A model generated the notes under the pieces. That model did no database searches. It was not told where the DNA came from and was given only the letters and a program-made list of their open reading frames with translations. From Candidatus Heimdallarchaeota archaeon B3_Heim (GTDB taxonomy: Archaea > Asgardarchaeota > Heimdallarchaeia > Hodarchaeales > Hodarchaeaceae), in the NCBI GenBank assembly GCA_003144275.1, contig NJBF01000019.1:30001-62000 (forward strand): a stretch of 32,000 nt of DNA, written 5' to 3'. Below are positions 1-8,837 of the stretch, one piece after another (position 1 is the stretch's first letter; each line of letters starts with the position of its first letter). The position numbers were made by a program, and so were the translations under genes.

Positions 1-897
1 TTAAAAAATCCTTTGATTTTATCACCTCTTGCAGAAATTACTATCCCCCCCTTTCGTAGGATTTGTGCAGAGTTTGGAGCAGTAACTATAAGTGAGATGA
101 CCTACGCAAAGGGCATATTGCATAAAAATCCAAAGTCATTAAGAAGGATCACTCGAGCAGAAACTGAAGAAAAGTACGGCATACAATTGCTAACCAATAA
201 CCCAGACGACTTAGTGAACACAATTGAGCTCATTGAGTCAGAAAATCTTTCTGATTTTATAGAACTAAATCTAGGGTGTCCTAAACCTAAAATCACAAAT
301 GCGGGACTCGGAGCATACCTTTTAATTGTACAAAATCATATTTTGCTGAAGGAATTGCTTGAAATCGGAAGTACGAGCTCAAAATTACCATTTGCAGTAA
401 AGATCCGGGCTGGTTTTAATGAAATTACTTATCCTGAAGTAATAAAAATAGCAGAAAAAGCTGGTGTGTCTTTTATTACCTTTCACTCTCGTCTCGCAAC
501 CGATAATTACCAAATTCCTGCGAAATGGGATTATTGGGAACAAGCAGTCAAATATTCGACCATCCCGATAATAGCGAATGGGGATATTCGATCTTATGAT
601 CATGCGTGTCAAGTAATTAACCAATTCGGAGTAAAAGGTGTTGCAATTGGGAGATCAGCTCGTGGAAATCCTCAAATCTTTCAAAAAAAGCCACAAATAT
701 CATCACAATATACATATGATCGTTTAATACAGTATATGGAGAATACAGAATATTTTAATCTTTTTAATTTACGAGTACAGTCTTCTGATTTCTTGAAACA
801 TTTCCGCTATGCAGCAAACGCACGAAAAAATATTCTCTCAATGAATAAGCCAAGAGAAATCATTGAATATACTCGAGAAATGTTAGGGGAACATTAA
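1..897 (+). CDS. dus: tRNA-dihydrouridine synthase (Dus family), 5'-truncated by the window edge
   Basis: Contains ILSPLA, TISEM, IQL, the catalytic NLGCP motif, VKIRAG, HSR and IANGDI. The frame is open from base 1 (LKNP-LILSPLA), so the true start lies upstream of the window rather than at TTG 13. Confidence 0.9.
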   Translation, partial: LKNPLILSPLAEITIPPFRRICAEFGAVTISEMTYAKGILHKNPKSLRRITRAETEEKYGIQLLTNNPDDLVNTIELIESENLSDFIELNLGCPKPKITNAGLGAYLLIVQNHILLKELLEIGSTSSKLPFAVKIRAGFNEITYPEVIKIAEKAGVSFITFHSRLATDNYQIPAKWDYWEQAVKYSTIPIIANGDIRSYDHACQVINQFGVKGVAIGRSARGNPQIFQKKPQISSQYTYDRLIQYMENTEYFNLFNLRVQSSDFLKHFRYAANARKNILSMNKPREIIEYTREMLGEH

Positions 898-1012
898 GGC
901 GCTAGTAATATAAAGCATAAAATTCAAAGGAGACTAGAATCAATATCTAGTAGAACCTTTATCAGACGACTGACAAAAAGTTTTCTAATGATCCATGTAG
1001 GAATTAACCTCC

Positions 1013-2191
1013 GTGCCCATAAATCTCAATCATGAAGCTCAAGTTGAATGGGACAAATACTTAGAGGCCTCCTCTATAGAAGAACAAATCGCACATCTTG
1101 AACGATTTGTGGGGGTTGTCGTAAAGCATAAAGGGGTTGAAAACCATCTAAGGATGGCTAAACAGAAATTAAAACGCTTAAAAGCCACCCAAGAAAAAAT
1201 GCGTCAAGCAAAGAAAGGTTCAGGAGAAAGATGGTTAGTTCCTAAGGGTGAAGATGCACAAATTGCAATTATTGGAACTGTAAATGCAGGGAAATCATCT
1301 ATTTTGAATTCTCTGTCTCGTTCAGATTCTGCTGCAAAGGTTGGTGCTTATCCATTCACGACAGTTAAGCCTGAAGTGGGATCGACATCAGCCAGAGGAG
1401 CACGATTACAACTCGTTGAACTTCCTGCAATTGTTGAGGGAAGTGTCCGCGGAGAAATGTCTGGAAAATTAGTTTTAGCAGGAATTCGCAATTCAGATTG
1501 TGTAATATTAGCCATCGATTTAACCCATAATCCAGTTGAACAGCTGAAACTTATTTTAAAGGAGCTTTCTGTCGGAAAAATACGATTAAACACTGAAAAA
1601 CCATCAGTGAAAATTGAAAAAGTAGGATCAGGGAATATTCAGGTTTTCAATTCTCATCATTATGAAGGTAAAGGAAATGATGAAATTACTGAAATTATGA
1701 GAACAAAGGGTTACATGAATGTTATCGTGAGATTTCATGGACCCACAACTGTAGATCAATTTTTTGATGCTTTGGATTATACAATAAGTTACCTTCCTGC
1801 AATAATTTTTGCTACAAAGGGAGATGTGAAAGGATCGAAATTAAATTATTCAACACTGATGGAATATATTTCTACGAATAAATTACCATTAGAGATAATT
1901 CCCGTGTCTAGCTCTAATAATGAAGGATTTGATTCCATAGAAGAAACAATTTTCAATAAACTCAATAAAATTAGGGTATTTACTAGAAACAATGTTGGAG
2001 ATATTTCAGAGCGGCCAATAATTCTTGACAAAGGCAGTACAATAGAAAATGCTATCGAAGTCTTATCAAAGAAAATGTTAAGATTTTTTCGATTTGCACG
2101 TGTATGGGGAAAATCTGCAAAGTTTGATGGTGAAAAAATAGGATTAGATCGGATTTTAGAAGATGGTGACGTCATTCAAGTATTTGCGTAA
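1013..2191 (+). CDS. DRG/OBG-family GTPase with C-terminal TGS domain
   Basis: N-terminal KHKGVE helix, G1 GTVNAGKSS, G2 YPFTT, and TGS tail FARVWGKSAKFDGEKIGLDRILEDGDVIQV. GTG start. Confidence 0.92.
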   Translation: MPINLNHEAQVEWDKYLEASSIEEQIAHLERFVGVVVKHKGVENHLRMAKQKLKRLKATQEKMRQAKKGSGERWLVPKGEDAQIAIIGTVNAGKSSILNSLSRSDSAAKVGAYPFTTVKPEVGSTSARGARLQLVELPAIVEGSVRGEMSGKLVLAGIRNSDCVILAIDLTHNPVEQLKLILKELSVGKIRLNTEKPSVKIEKVGSGNIQVFNSHHYEGKGNDEITEIMRTKGYMNVIVRFHGPTTVDQFFDALDYTISYLPAIIFATKGDVKGSKLNYSTLMEYISTNKLPLEIIPVSSSNNEGFDSIEETIFNKLNKIRVFTRNNVGDISERPIILDKGSTIENAIEVLSKKMLRFFRFARVWGKSAKFDGEKIGLDRILEDGDVIQVFA

Positions 2192-2521
2192 CAAAAATCA
2201 CGATAAAAATTCACGAAATGTTAGGAACTTCTTTCGTCTCTACAAGGGGAATTCTGACAGACTTAAGTTTTATTCACTTTAATGACCCTACCCGTTTAAG
2301 ATCAGTTGTATTACATATTAACTCAATTCTGTTATCAGAATATTAAAAAGTGTTTAAAAAATGAATGGTATTACTTGCGAAAATTCCGCAATTACAAAGA
2401 ATATCTCACAAAAGCGATAAGTTGCCCTAACTTTTTTTGCCGAATACTAATAGAGTGAATACGTTGAATATACTAGCATTGATGAAAAAATTGAGATATA
2501 CATCGTCTTTCAGGGATTTTA

Positions 2522-5272
2522 ATGGTAAATAATAGGCATTCTGTTGATACACGTACATTGATGGCTGACTTAGGAGTAAAAGATGATTTCGGTTTATCAT
2601 CTGAAGAAGCCTTTCGCCGTATAGGGAAATATGGTTTGAATGAGTTGAAAAAAAGCGATAGTAAATCACCTATTACATTATTTCTTGAGCAATTTGCTGA
2701 CCCTTTAGTAGTGATTCTTCTCGTGGCCCTCGTTATTTCAATAACAATAGGTATTTTTTCCACACATGAAGATGAAAAACTCGAATATTTCATTGATTCC
2801 GCCGCAATCTCAGTCATTGTCCTATTCAATGCCTTTTTTGGTTTTATTCAAGAATATAAAGCTGAAAAGTCTATAGAAGCCCTTAAATCTATGGCAGCTC
2901 CGTTTTCAACAGTAGTTCGGGACGGAAAAAAAGTACGTATTGAAGCCACCCAACTAGTTCCTGGAGATATCGTATTTCTTGAGGAAGGAGATAAGATTCC
3001 TGCTGATGGAAGATTACTTCAATCTCTTGCCCTTAGAATCGATGAGAGTATGTTAACAGGTGAATCCTTTCCAGTTGCCAAGAATGTAAATGCCAATGTA
3101 TCTAAAGATGCCCAAATAGCAGAAATGCTGAATTCTGTGTTTAGTGGAACTAATGTTTCCAGAGGACGGGGTCAGGTTATTATTACGCAGACAGGTATGA
3201 AAACTGAGTTTGGTAAAATCGCTCAGGGTTTAATGGAAGACACCAAAGAAGAAACCCCATTGCAACAAAGATTAGGCATTTTAGGCAAATATATCGGTGT
3301 TGGAAGCCTTGCAATATGCGCAGTCATTTTTACTATTGGAATAATTCTGGGTAGGGAAGCTCTTGAGATGTTTATCGTATCTGTCGGCCTTGCAGTAGCC
3401 GCTGTACCTGAAGGTCTTCCAGCAGTTGTTACCCTCTCATTAGCTCTAGGAGTACAGAAGATGAGTAAGAAAAATGCAATTATTCGACGATTACCTTCTG
3501 TTGAAACTCTTGGCTCTACTACAGTCATATGTTCCGATAAAACGGGGACATTAACGATGAATAAAATGACTGTTAGAAAAATATTAACTGTAGACGCTGA
3601 ATTTGATGTTACAAAAAAGCTAAAATTAAATAGTGCAGTAAATGAATTGCTAGTGATTGGGAGAGAGTGTAATAATGCCCAAATTGGTGAACAGCGGACT
3701 GAGAAAGCTGTTGGAGATCCGACAGAACTAGCCTTATTGAGGGTGGCTAAAAGATTAAATCTAGCCAAATCTTCCCTTGAACGAGTATTTGAGATTCCTT
3801 TTGATTCTGATTCAAAAAGAATGAGTGTAGTTGTAAAAGATTCGAGTGAAATATATTCGGTATTAATGAAGGGTGCTCCTGACGTCCTTATTACGATTTG
3901 TACTCATTATTTAACGAATGGAAAAGTGAAACCCCTAGAAGAAAGCGCACGTGTAATGTTAGAGGAGCAGGAACAGAAAATTGCTACATTGGGTTATAGA
4001 ATGCTCGGAATGGCATCGAAACAAATAGAAAAGGAACAAGCTGAATTACATATATTTTCTGAGGATAATGAAGAGATAGAATCAGGAATGATTTACATTG
4101 GAGCCGTTGCAATAATGGATCCTCCAAGACGAGGTACAAAGGAAGCAATCGCTACTTGTAAGCAAGCTGGAATACGACCTATAATGATTACTGGAGATCA
4201 TTTGAAAACAGCTATGGCTGTTGCCTCTGAAATTGGATTAATTGAAGAAACAGAATCCAATATTGCATTGGAGGGACACCAATTATCAAAAATGTCGGAT
4301 TCAGGATTATCCGAAAAAGTGAAGGAGGTAAATGTGTTTGCCCGGGTTTCTCCAGAACATAAACTAAGACTAGTAACGGCATTAAAGGGTAACAATCAAA
4401 TTGTTGCAATGACTGGTGATGGTGTTAATGATGCACCAGCATTAAAAAGAGCTGATATTGGTGTTGCGATGGGAATCTCTGGGACGGATGTTTCCAAGGA
4501 AGCATCAGACATGGTATTAGCTGATGACGATTTCTCGACAATCGTCAGTGCGATCCTTGAAGGAAGAACTATATATGATAATATGCGTAAATTTATTCTC
4601 TATTTGCTCTCCTGCAATGCTGGAGAAATAATGGTAATGTTATTGGGTATGATTCTTACCTCTATTCTTTTCCAAGAACCCATTTTACCTTTGCTTGCGA
4701 TTCAAATTTTATGGGTAAATTTAGTTACAGATGGTTTACCTGCCTTGGCCCTTGGATTAGATCCACCAGATGCAGATGTCATGATTAGAAAACCTCGTGA
4801 TCCTGACGAACAAATATTAACTAAGAAATCAATATATTTTATCATCTATTCAGGTGTTATGATCGGAATTGGTACACTAATATTGTTCTTCTTATATTTA
4901 TGGCCTAATCTTGTGAATGGTGTGGCACCTACCCCTGAAGAGATAATTTATCCCAGAACAATTGGTTTCACTATGCTTATTATATTTCAAATGGTTATGG
5001 CCTTGAATATTCGGAAAGAAGAGCATTCTTTGATTGGGAAAGAATTCTTTAGAAATCCTTACCTGCTGTTAGCTATCTCAAGCTCTATTGCTCTTCATTT
5101 AATGATTCTATATCTTCACCCTCTTCAAATAATATTTGATACAACAGGTTTAGGACTACTCGATTGGTTTGTAGTTATTTTTGTTGGCAGTATATTAGTT
5201 CTTATTGATGAGATACGTACATTTCTTGCTAAGAATGTTCCACAATTACACTACTTAGCAGGATATTGGTGA
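2522..5272 (+). CDS. P-type Ca2+-transporting ATPase (P2A, SERCA/PMR1-like)
   Basis: TGES, PEGL, phosphorylation motif DKTGTLT, KGAP, MITGD, GDGVND and the M6 motif WVNLVTDGLPA; about 10 hydrophobic segments. Confidence 0.95.
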   Translation: MVNNRHSVDTRTLMADLGVKDDFGLSSEEAFRRIGKYGLNELKKSDSKSPITLFLEQFADPLVVILLVALVISITIGIFSTHEDEKLEYFIDSAAISVIVLFNAFFGFIQEYKAEKSIEALKSMAAPFSTVVRDGKKVRIEATQLVPGDIVFLEEGDKIPADGRLLQSLALRIDESMLTGESFPVAKNVNANVSKDAQIAEMLNSVFSGTNVSRGRGQVIITQTGMKTEFGKIAQGLMEDTKEETPLQQRLGILGKYIGVGSLAICAVIFTIGIILGREALEMFIVSVGLAVAAVPEGLPAVVTLSLALGVQKMSKKNAIIRRLPSVETLGSTTVICSDKTGTLTMNKMTVRKILTVDAEFDVTKKLKLNSAVNELLVIGRECNNAQIGEQRTEKAVGDPTELALLRVAKRLNLAKSSLERVFEIPFDSDSKRMSVVVKDSSEIYSVLMKGAPDVLITICTHYLTNGKVKPLEESARVMLEEQEQKIATLGYRMLGMASKQIEKEQAELHIFSEDNEEIESGMIYIGAVAIMDPPRRGTKEAIATCKQAGIRPIMITGDHLKTAMAVASEIGLIEETESNIALEGHQLSKMSDSGLSEKVKEVNVFARVSPEHKLRLVTALKGNNQIVAMTGDGVNDAPALKRADIGVAMGISGTDVSKEASDMVLADDDFSTIVSAILEGRTIYDNMRKFILYLLSCNAGEIMVMLLGMILTSILFQEPILPLLAIQILWVNLVTDGLPALALGLDPPDADVMIRKPRDPDEQILTKKSIYFIIYSGVMIGIGTLILFFLYLWPNLVNGVAPTPEEIIYPRTIGFTMLIIFQMVMALNIRKEEHSLIGKEFFRNPYLLLAISSSIALHLMILYLHPLQIIFDTTGLGLLDWFVVIFVGSILVLIDEIRTFLAKNVPQLHYLAGYW

Positions 5273-5411
5273 AGTAAAAGCCAATAAGGAGTTATTATAG
5301 AATTTACTAATTATATCAACGAGTTATTATCTAAGCAAAGAAATTTAATCGACACTCGTGGTACATTTTGACATGCGTTATTCGAAGATTCTCTTTACAA
5401 AGGTGGAATAA

Positions 5412-6902
5412 ATGGTTTCAATTAGAAGGATCCGCGTATATCGTTTTTTTAATGCAAGTGTATTTTTCTTATTAACACTCCTGCAAATGATTATAGTGTC
5501 TTGGATTTCTATCAGTCAAGTTCCAGATGAAGGATCAGATTTCACTTTCGCAAAAATTCTCGGTTTTTACATTTCAATTAATCCATTTTCAGAATTACGA
5601 TTCACTGCAGTTCTGGTAATCCTCACAGGAGGATTACAAATCCTATTATTAATCTTCTTAGTAAATGTTGTTTTTTCTAACAAGAATATGATACAAATTT
5701 TCCCACTACCCAAGAAAGGTATGGCTCACTTACCAGAAGAAGAAGAGCTAGTTAATAAAACAATAAATATTGTTTCAAATGTCGCAGAACGAACAAAAAT
5801 CAAGGTCAAAAAGATATTTGTTTATCGAAAAAGCGTACCTAATGCGTTTAGTCTGGATTTGATCCCAATTCCATTTTTGCGAAGACCTTATATCGTATTA
5901 AATACAAATGTGCTAGAAATTCTTAGTGATAATGAGATTGAAGCAGTTGTAGCACATGAACTTGCCCATGTTAAACATGGGGATAGTTTGTTTCGGCTAA
6001 TCTTGTCTATACCTCGTTTATTTCTTAATCTTGCTTATTTATTCATTTATCTCCAGGTTCTAACCGGTATCCAAAATTCACTGTTTGAAACATTTCGATT
6101 AATTGATGCAATAGAGAGAACATTATTTTTGGGATTAATATATTTAGTTATAGCAATACTAACAAAGTTTACTGTAAGGTTCTTGTATTCAGCAAATAGG
6201 CAGGCTGAATTTTTGTCTGATTATTTCGCTGCACAAGCAGTCGGATCCAATATCTTGATCAACTCGTTGATCCATCTGGGTCAAAGAAGTGAAACAATGC
6301 AAATCTTATCTCACGAGATTGAATGGCTAAATGGTTTAGCAGGAGAAAAAAAACCTTCAGCTGATTTTATGCGTAATATAAATCATCGATTCCCTCGAAC
6401 TCAGTTAAATGAGGATGTAGCCAGAGAAATGGCTCCAAGGATTTTTCTCGAGGAAAAGCTACATAGCTTAATGACAGCCTATGGATTAAAAATAGACCTA
6501 GATTATCGAGATCAGCTAATATCGCAGGCTGTTCCTTCATTACTGGAAAAAAGAATGAAGTTTTTCGAATCGATGGTTGAAAGTGATGAAGTCCTCACTC
6601 CGACTAAATTGAAGGAAAAGACAATTGATTGGAGAAAGTTTGATTCAGACGAAAGTTATTACTTAGAAGCAGAAGAACTTGATAATTTTATTGTTACATT
6701 ACTTTCTCATCCTCAAAAAATGGTATTTGAGCATGAAATCCTACAAACTCCAGAGAAAGATAGTGATCACCCAAGTTTCAGGACAAGAATCCTACAAATA
6801 TATAAAATCTTTCATCCACAAAATTACAGCAAGATTCTTGATGAGATTCTAAGTCAACAACCTGACACCACAAATTCTGAAGATATAGTGTCCAACAATT
6901 AG
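5412..6902 (+). CDS. Membrane zinc metalloprotease, M48/HtpX family, with extended C-terminus
   Basis: PNAF, EIEAVVAHELAH (HExxH), third-ligand motif RQAEFLSD and a late HPSFRTRI; several TM segments. Confidence 0.85.
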   Translation: MVSIRRIRVYRFFNASVFFLLTLLQMIIVSWISISQVPDEGSDFTFAKILGFYISINPFSELRFTAVLVILTGGLQILLLIFLVNVVFSNKNMIQIFPLPKKGMAHLPEEEELVNKTINIVSNVAERTKIKVKKIFVYRKSVPNAFSLDLIPIPFLRRPYIVLNTNVLEILSDNEIEAVVAHELAHVKHGDSLFRLILSIPRLFLNLAYLFIYLQVLTGIQNSLFETFRLIDAIERTLFLGLIYLVIAILTKFTVRFLYSANRQAEFLSDYFAAQAVGSNILINSLIHLGQRSETMQILSHEIEWLNGLAGEKKPSADFMRNINHRFPRTQLNEDVAREMAPRIFLEEKLHSLMTAYGLKIDLDYRDQLISQAVPSLLEKRMKFFESMVESDEVLTPTKLKEKTIDWRKFDSDESYYLEAEELDNFIVTLLSHPQKMVFEHEILQTPEKDSDHPSFRTRILQIYKIFHPQNYSKILDEILSQQPDTTNSEDIVSNN

Positions 6903-6904
6903 GA

Positions 6905-7939
6905 TTAAAAATATAATACCTTTTCTAACATATTAAGGATTAGTCGTTCATTTTCGGGTAAGAGAAATAATTTGACATTATTCATTCTGCGTAAATGGCC
7001 GAGTAGAGGTTTTGTCAGTTGTAAAGTTTGACGCCTAGGTGTTACAATGATTCTAACATCGTTAAATTTTCTTAAAATAGGTAAAAAGTCTCTTCCAGAT
7101 GTTGCTAATAAGTCAGATATCAGTACAAGTGTTTTTTTTCTGCTAATGACAGTAGAAAATTCTTTTTGAGCATTTAACAAAGCAGAATAAATATCAGTTT
7201 TTCCACCTGAGCTTAGTTTTATCAATTTTTTCACAATTCGAGTACTTGAATCGTGCCTATCTTTCATACTCTTAATTACAGACGGTCGTGTGTCAAAACT
7301 AATTATGCCCAGATCTTTATTTTGTAATGCTAAGCTGAATATTATTGCTGAAATAATAATAAATCTCAAGTGCTGAATAACGGAATGACTCTTATCAATT
7401 AGTAGGACTACTGTTGCTTTCCTTTCTTTTCGTTCCTCACAAACAACATGTGAGTAGTTTAAATTTTTATCCCCTGAAACCAAGAATTTAGTTACAGTTT
7501 TTTCGACATTCCATTTTCTCCCTGGCATATATGGTATTCGGATAGGATATCTTGAACGATCAATGCTATGAAATAATGATTCAGAGTGTTTTATCATCCT
7601 TGGGATTAGTTTTCGCATCAATTTTTTTTCAATTGAGGGATCTAGATGATCTTTTATTTGAAAAACTAGAGTGCTTGATTCTAAAACAAGATTAGAGTTG
7701 AAATTTTCCATCTGTATGACGTCTGCCACGACGTGAGGATATGATTCAGCTAGAATTTCAACTGCATGCAAATTTCGCGATTTGAGTGCCTGTTCTGTAA
7801 ATTCGATAGTTTTCGAAGTATCAAGCTTTTGCTGAAGTCGATATTCAAGGATAGTTTCAATCAGATCATACTGATGAGTAGGGGGAGATAATTTAATTGT
7901 GTGTTCTGATACCGCGGGCTCTCCGTCCCGCTTTTCTAG
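6905..7939 (-). CDS. VWA (MIDAS) domain reading frame, CoxE-like; probably the -1 frame portion of an AAA-VWA fusion
   Basis: MIDAS motif LLIDKSHS...GGKTD...ISD. The frame is open from 7948 to the stop at 6905, with no ATG/GTG/TTG upstream of TTG 7771 (59 start-less codons). Confidence 0.8.
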   Translation of the reverse strand, partial: LEKRDGEPAVSEHTIKLSPPTHQYDLIETILEYRLQQKLDTSKTIEFTEQALKSRNLHAVEILAESYPHVVADVIQMENFNSNLVLESSTLVFQIKDHLDPSIEKKLMRKLIPRMIKHSESLFHSIDRSRYPIRIPYMPGRKWNVEKTVTKFLVSGDKNLNYSHVVCEERKERKATVVLLIDKSHSVIQHLRFIIISAIIFSLALQNKDLGIISFDTRPSVIKSMKDRHDSSTRIVKKLIKLSSGGKTDIYSALLNAQKEFSTVISRKKTLVLISDLLATSGRDFLPILRKFNDVRIIVTPRRQTLQLTKPLLGHLRRMNNVKLFLLPENERLILNMLEKVLYF

Positions 7940-7945
7940 TTTTTT
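7884..7945 (-). promoter_or_regulatory. Candidate -1 programmed ribosomal frameshift signal (slippery heptamer plus downstream stem-loop or pseudoknot)
   Basis: Minus strand reads CCA AAA AAC TAG AAAA GCGGG ACGGAGAG CCCGC ... TCTCC. Heptamer A_AAA_AAC at 7945-7939, 7-nt spacer, stem 7931-7927/7918-7914. Confidence 0.65.
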
Positions 7946-8796
7946 GGTCTATTCTCAAAAAAAACCTCGCCAGCTATCTCATGTAAACACTCTTCGACTG
8001 ATCGAGAAATATCAAGCTGTAGTTTAATTTTACCAGAGTAAACTGCATTGATTGCTTGAATTATTTGTTTATCTTGGTTTTCTTCATTCATCAATAATTG
8101 TGTTAACTGAATAGCTGCTCGAATACTTGCACCACGTTCGAAATCAGTATTGGAACGAGTTTTTTCAGTGAATAATACACATTTGTGTATTAACTCATCA
8201 TCAGCACAATTAGTCCTTAATTTGACTATTTCCTCCGCAATTTTTCCAGTTTTATGTGTTAAATGGATTCTAATGCATCTATCAAAAAATGCTTCAGGTA
8301 ACGGATTAGTACCAATATATTCTGAAGGATTAAGGGTAAAAATTGTATAAAAATCATCTCTTGCCTTAATATTTATATATTGTGGAATTTCAATGGATCT
8401 TTCGCTGGAATCCATTGCAGAAAGTGCTCCATTAATTGATTCACTTGGCGCACGATTGACTTCATTAAAGAAGAATAATCCTCCTTTTGACATTGCCAAT
8501 GTTAGAGGACCTAGTATGAAAGATTTTTCTCCAAAACCTGATTCGATGACTAAAGACGGATCAAACCAACCACGAAGCTGTGTAATTGTTAGATTTTCAT
8601 CTCCATCAACTCTGTAAAATGGCCTTTCAAGGGCAAAAGCAATGGTTTTTGCTAGTTCTGTTTTCCCTGTTCCTGATTCTCCTTCTACAATAATACTGAT
8701 ATTTTGATCTATAGCCTTCAAAATAAGAATAATATGATCATCTAAATCAACTAAATTCTCTTTACACTTGTTAAGAATCATCTGTACTTGCATCAA
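7936..8796 (-). CDS. MoxR-type AAA+ ATPase (CoxD/CbbQ/NorQ/GvpN-like)
   Basis: Walker A GESGTGKT, Walker B-like FFFNEVNR, TLNP, LPEAFFDR and sensor II ASIR. GGTGA Shine-Dalgarno (SD) before TTG/ATG. Confidence 0.88.
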   Translation of the reverse strand: MMQVQMILNKCKENLVDLDDHIILILKAIDQNISIIVEGESGTGKTELAKTIAFALERPFYRVDGDENLTITQLRGWFDPSLVIESGFGEKSFILGPLTLAMSKGGLFFFNEVNRAPSESINGALSAMDSSERSIEIPQYINIKARDDFYTIFTLNPSEYIGTNPLPEAFFDRCIRIHLTHKTGKIAEEIVKLRTNCADDELIHKCVLFTEKTRSNTDFERGASIRAAIQLTQLLMNEENQDKQIIQAINAVYSGKIKLQLDISRSVEECLHEIAGEVFFENRPKN

Positions 8797-8837
8797 GTCA
8801 CCCAGAATTTTGGTTTAAGCTAATTTATAGAATTTTT

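Noticed and set aside
7769-7771. TTG 7771 as a confident independent start of the VWA gene
   Set aside because: There is no clear SD, and the frame is open and protein-like for 59 codons upstream. It remains the fallback model but is less parsimonious.
7957-7964. Run of 8 T on the minus strand (GTT TTT TTT GAG) as an alternative slippage site into the VWA frame
   Set aside because: A -1 shift here meets TGA immediately, and the +1 frame stops at about 7894. Neither reaches the VWA frame.
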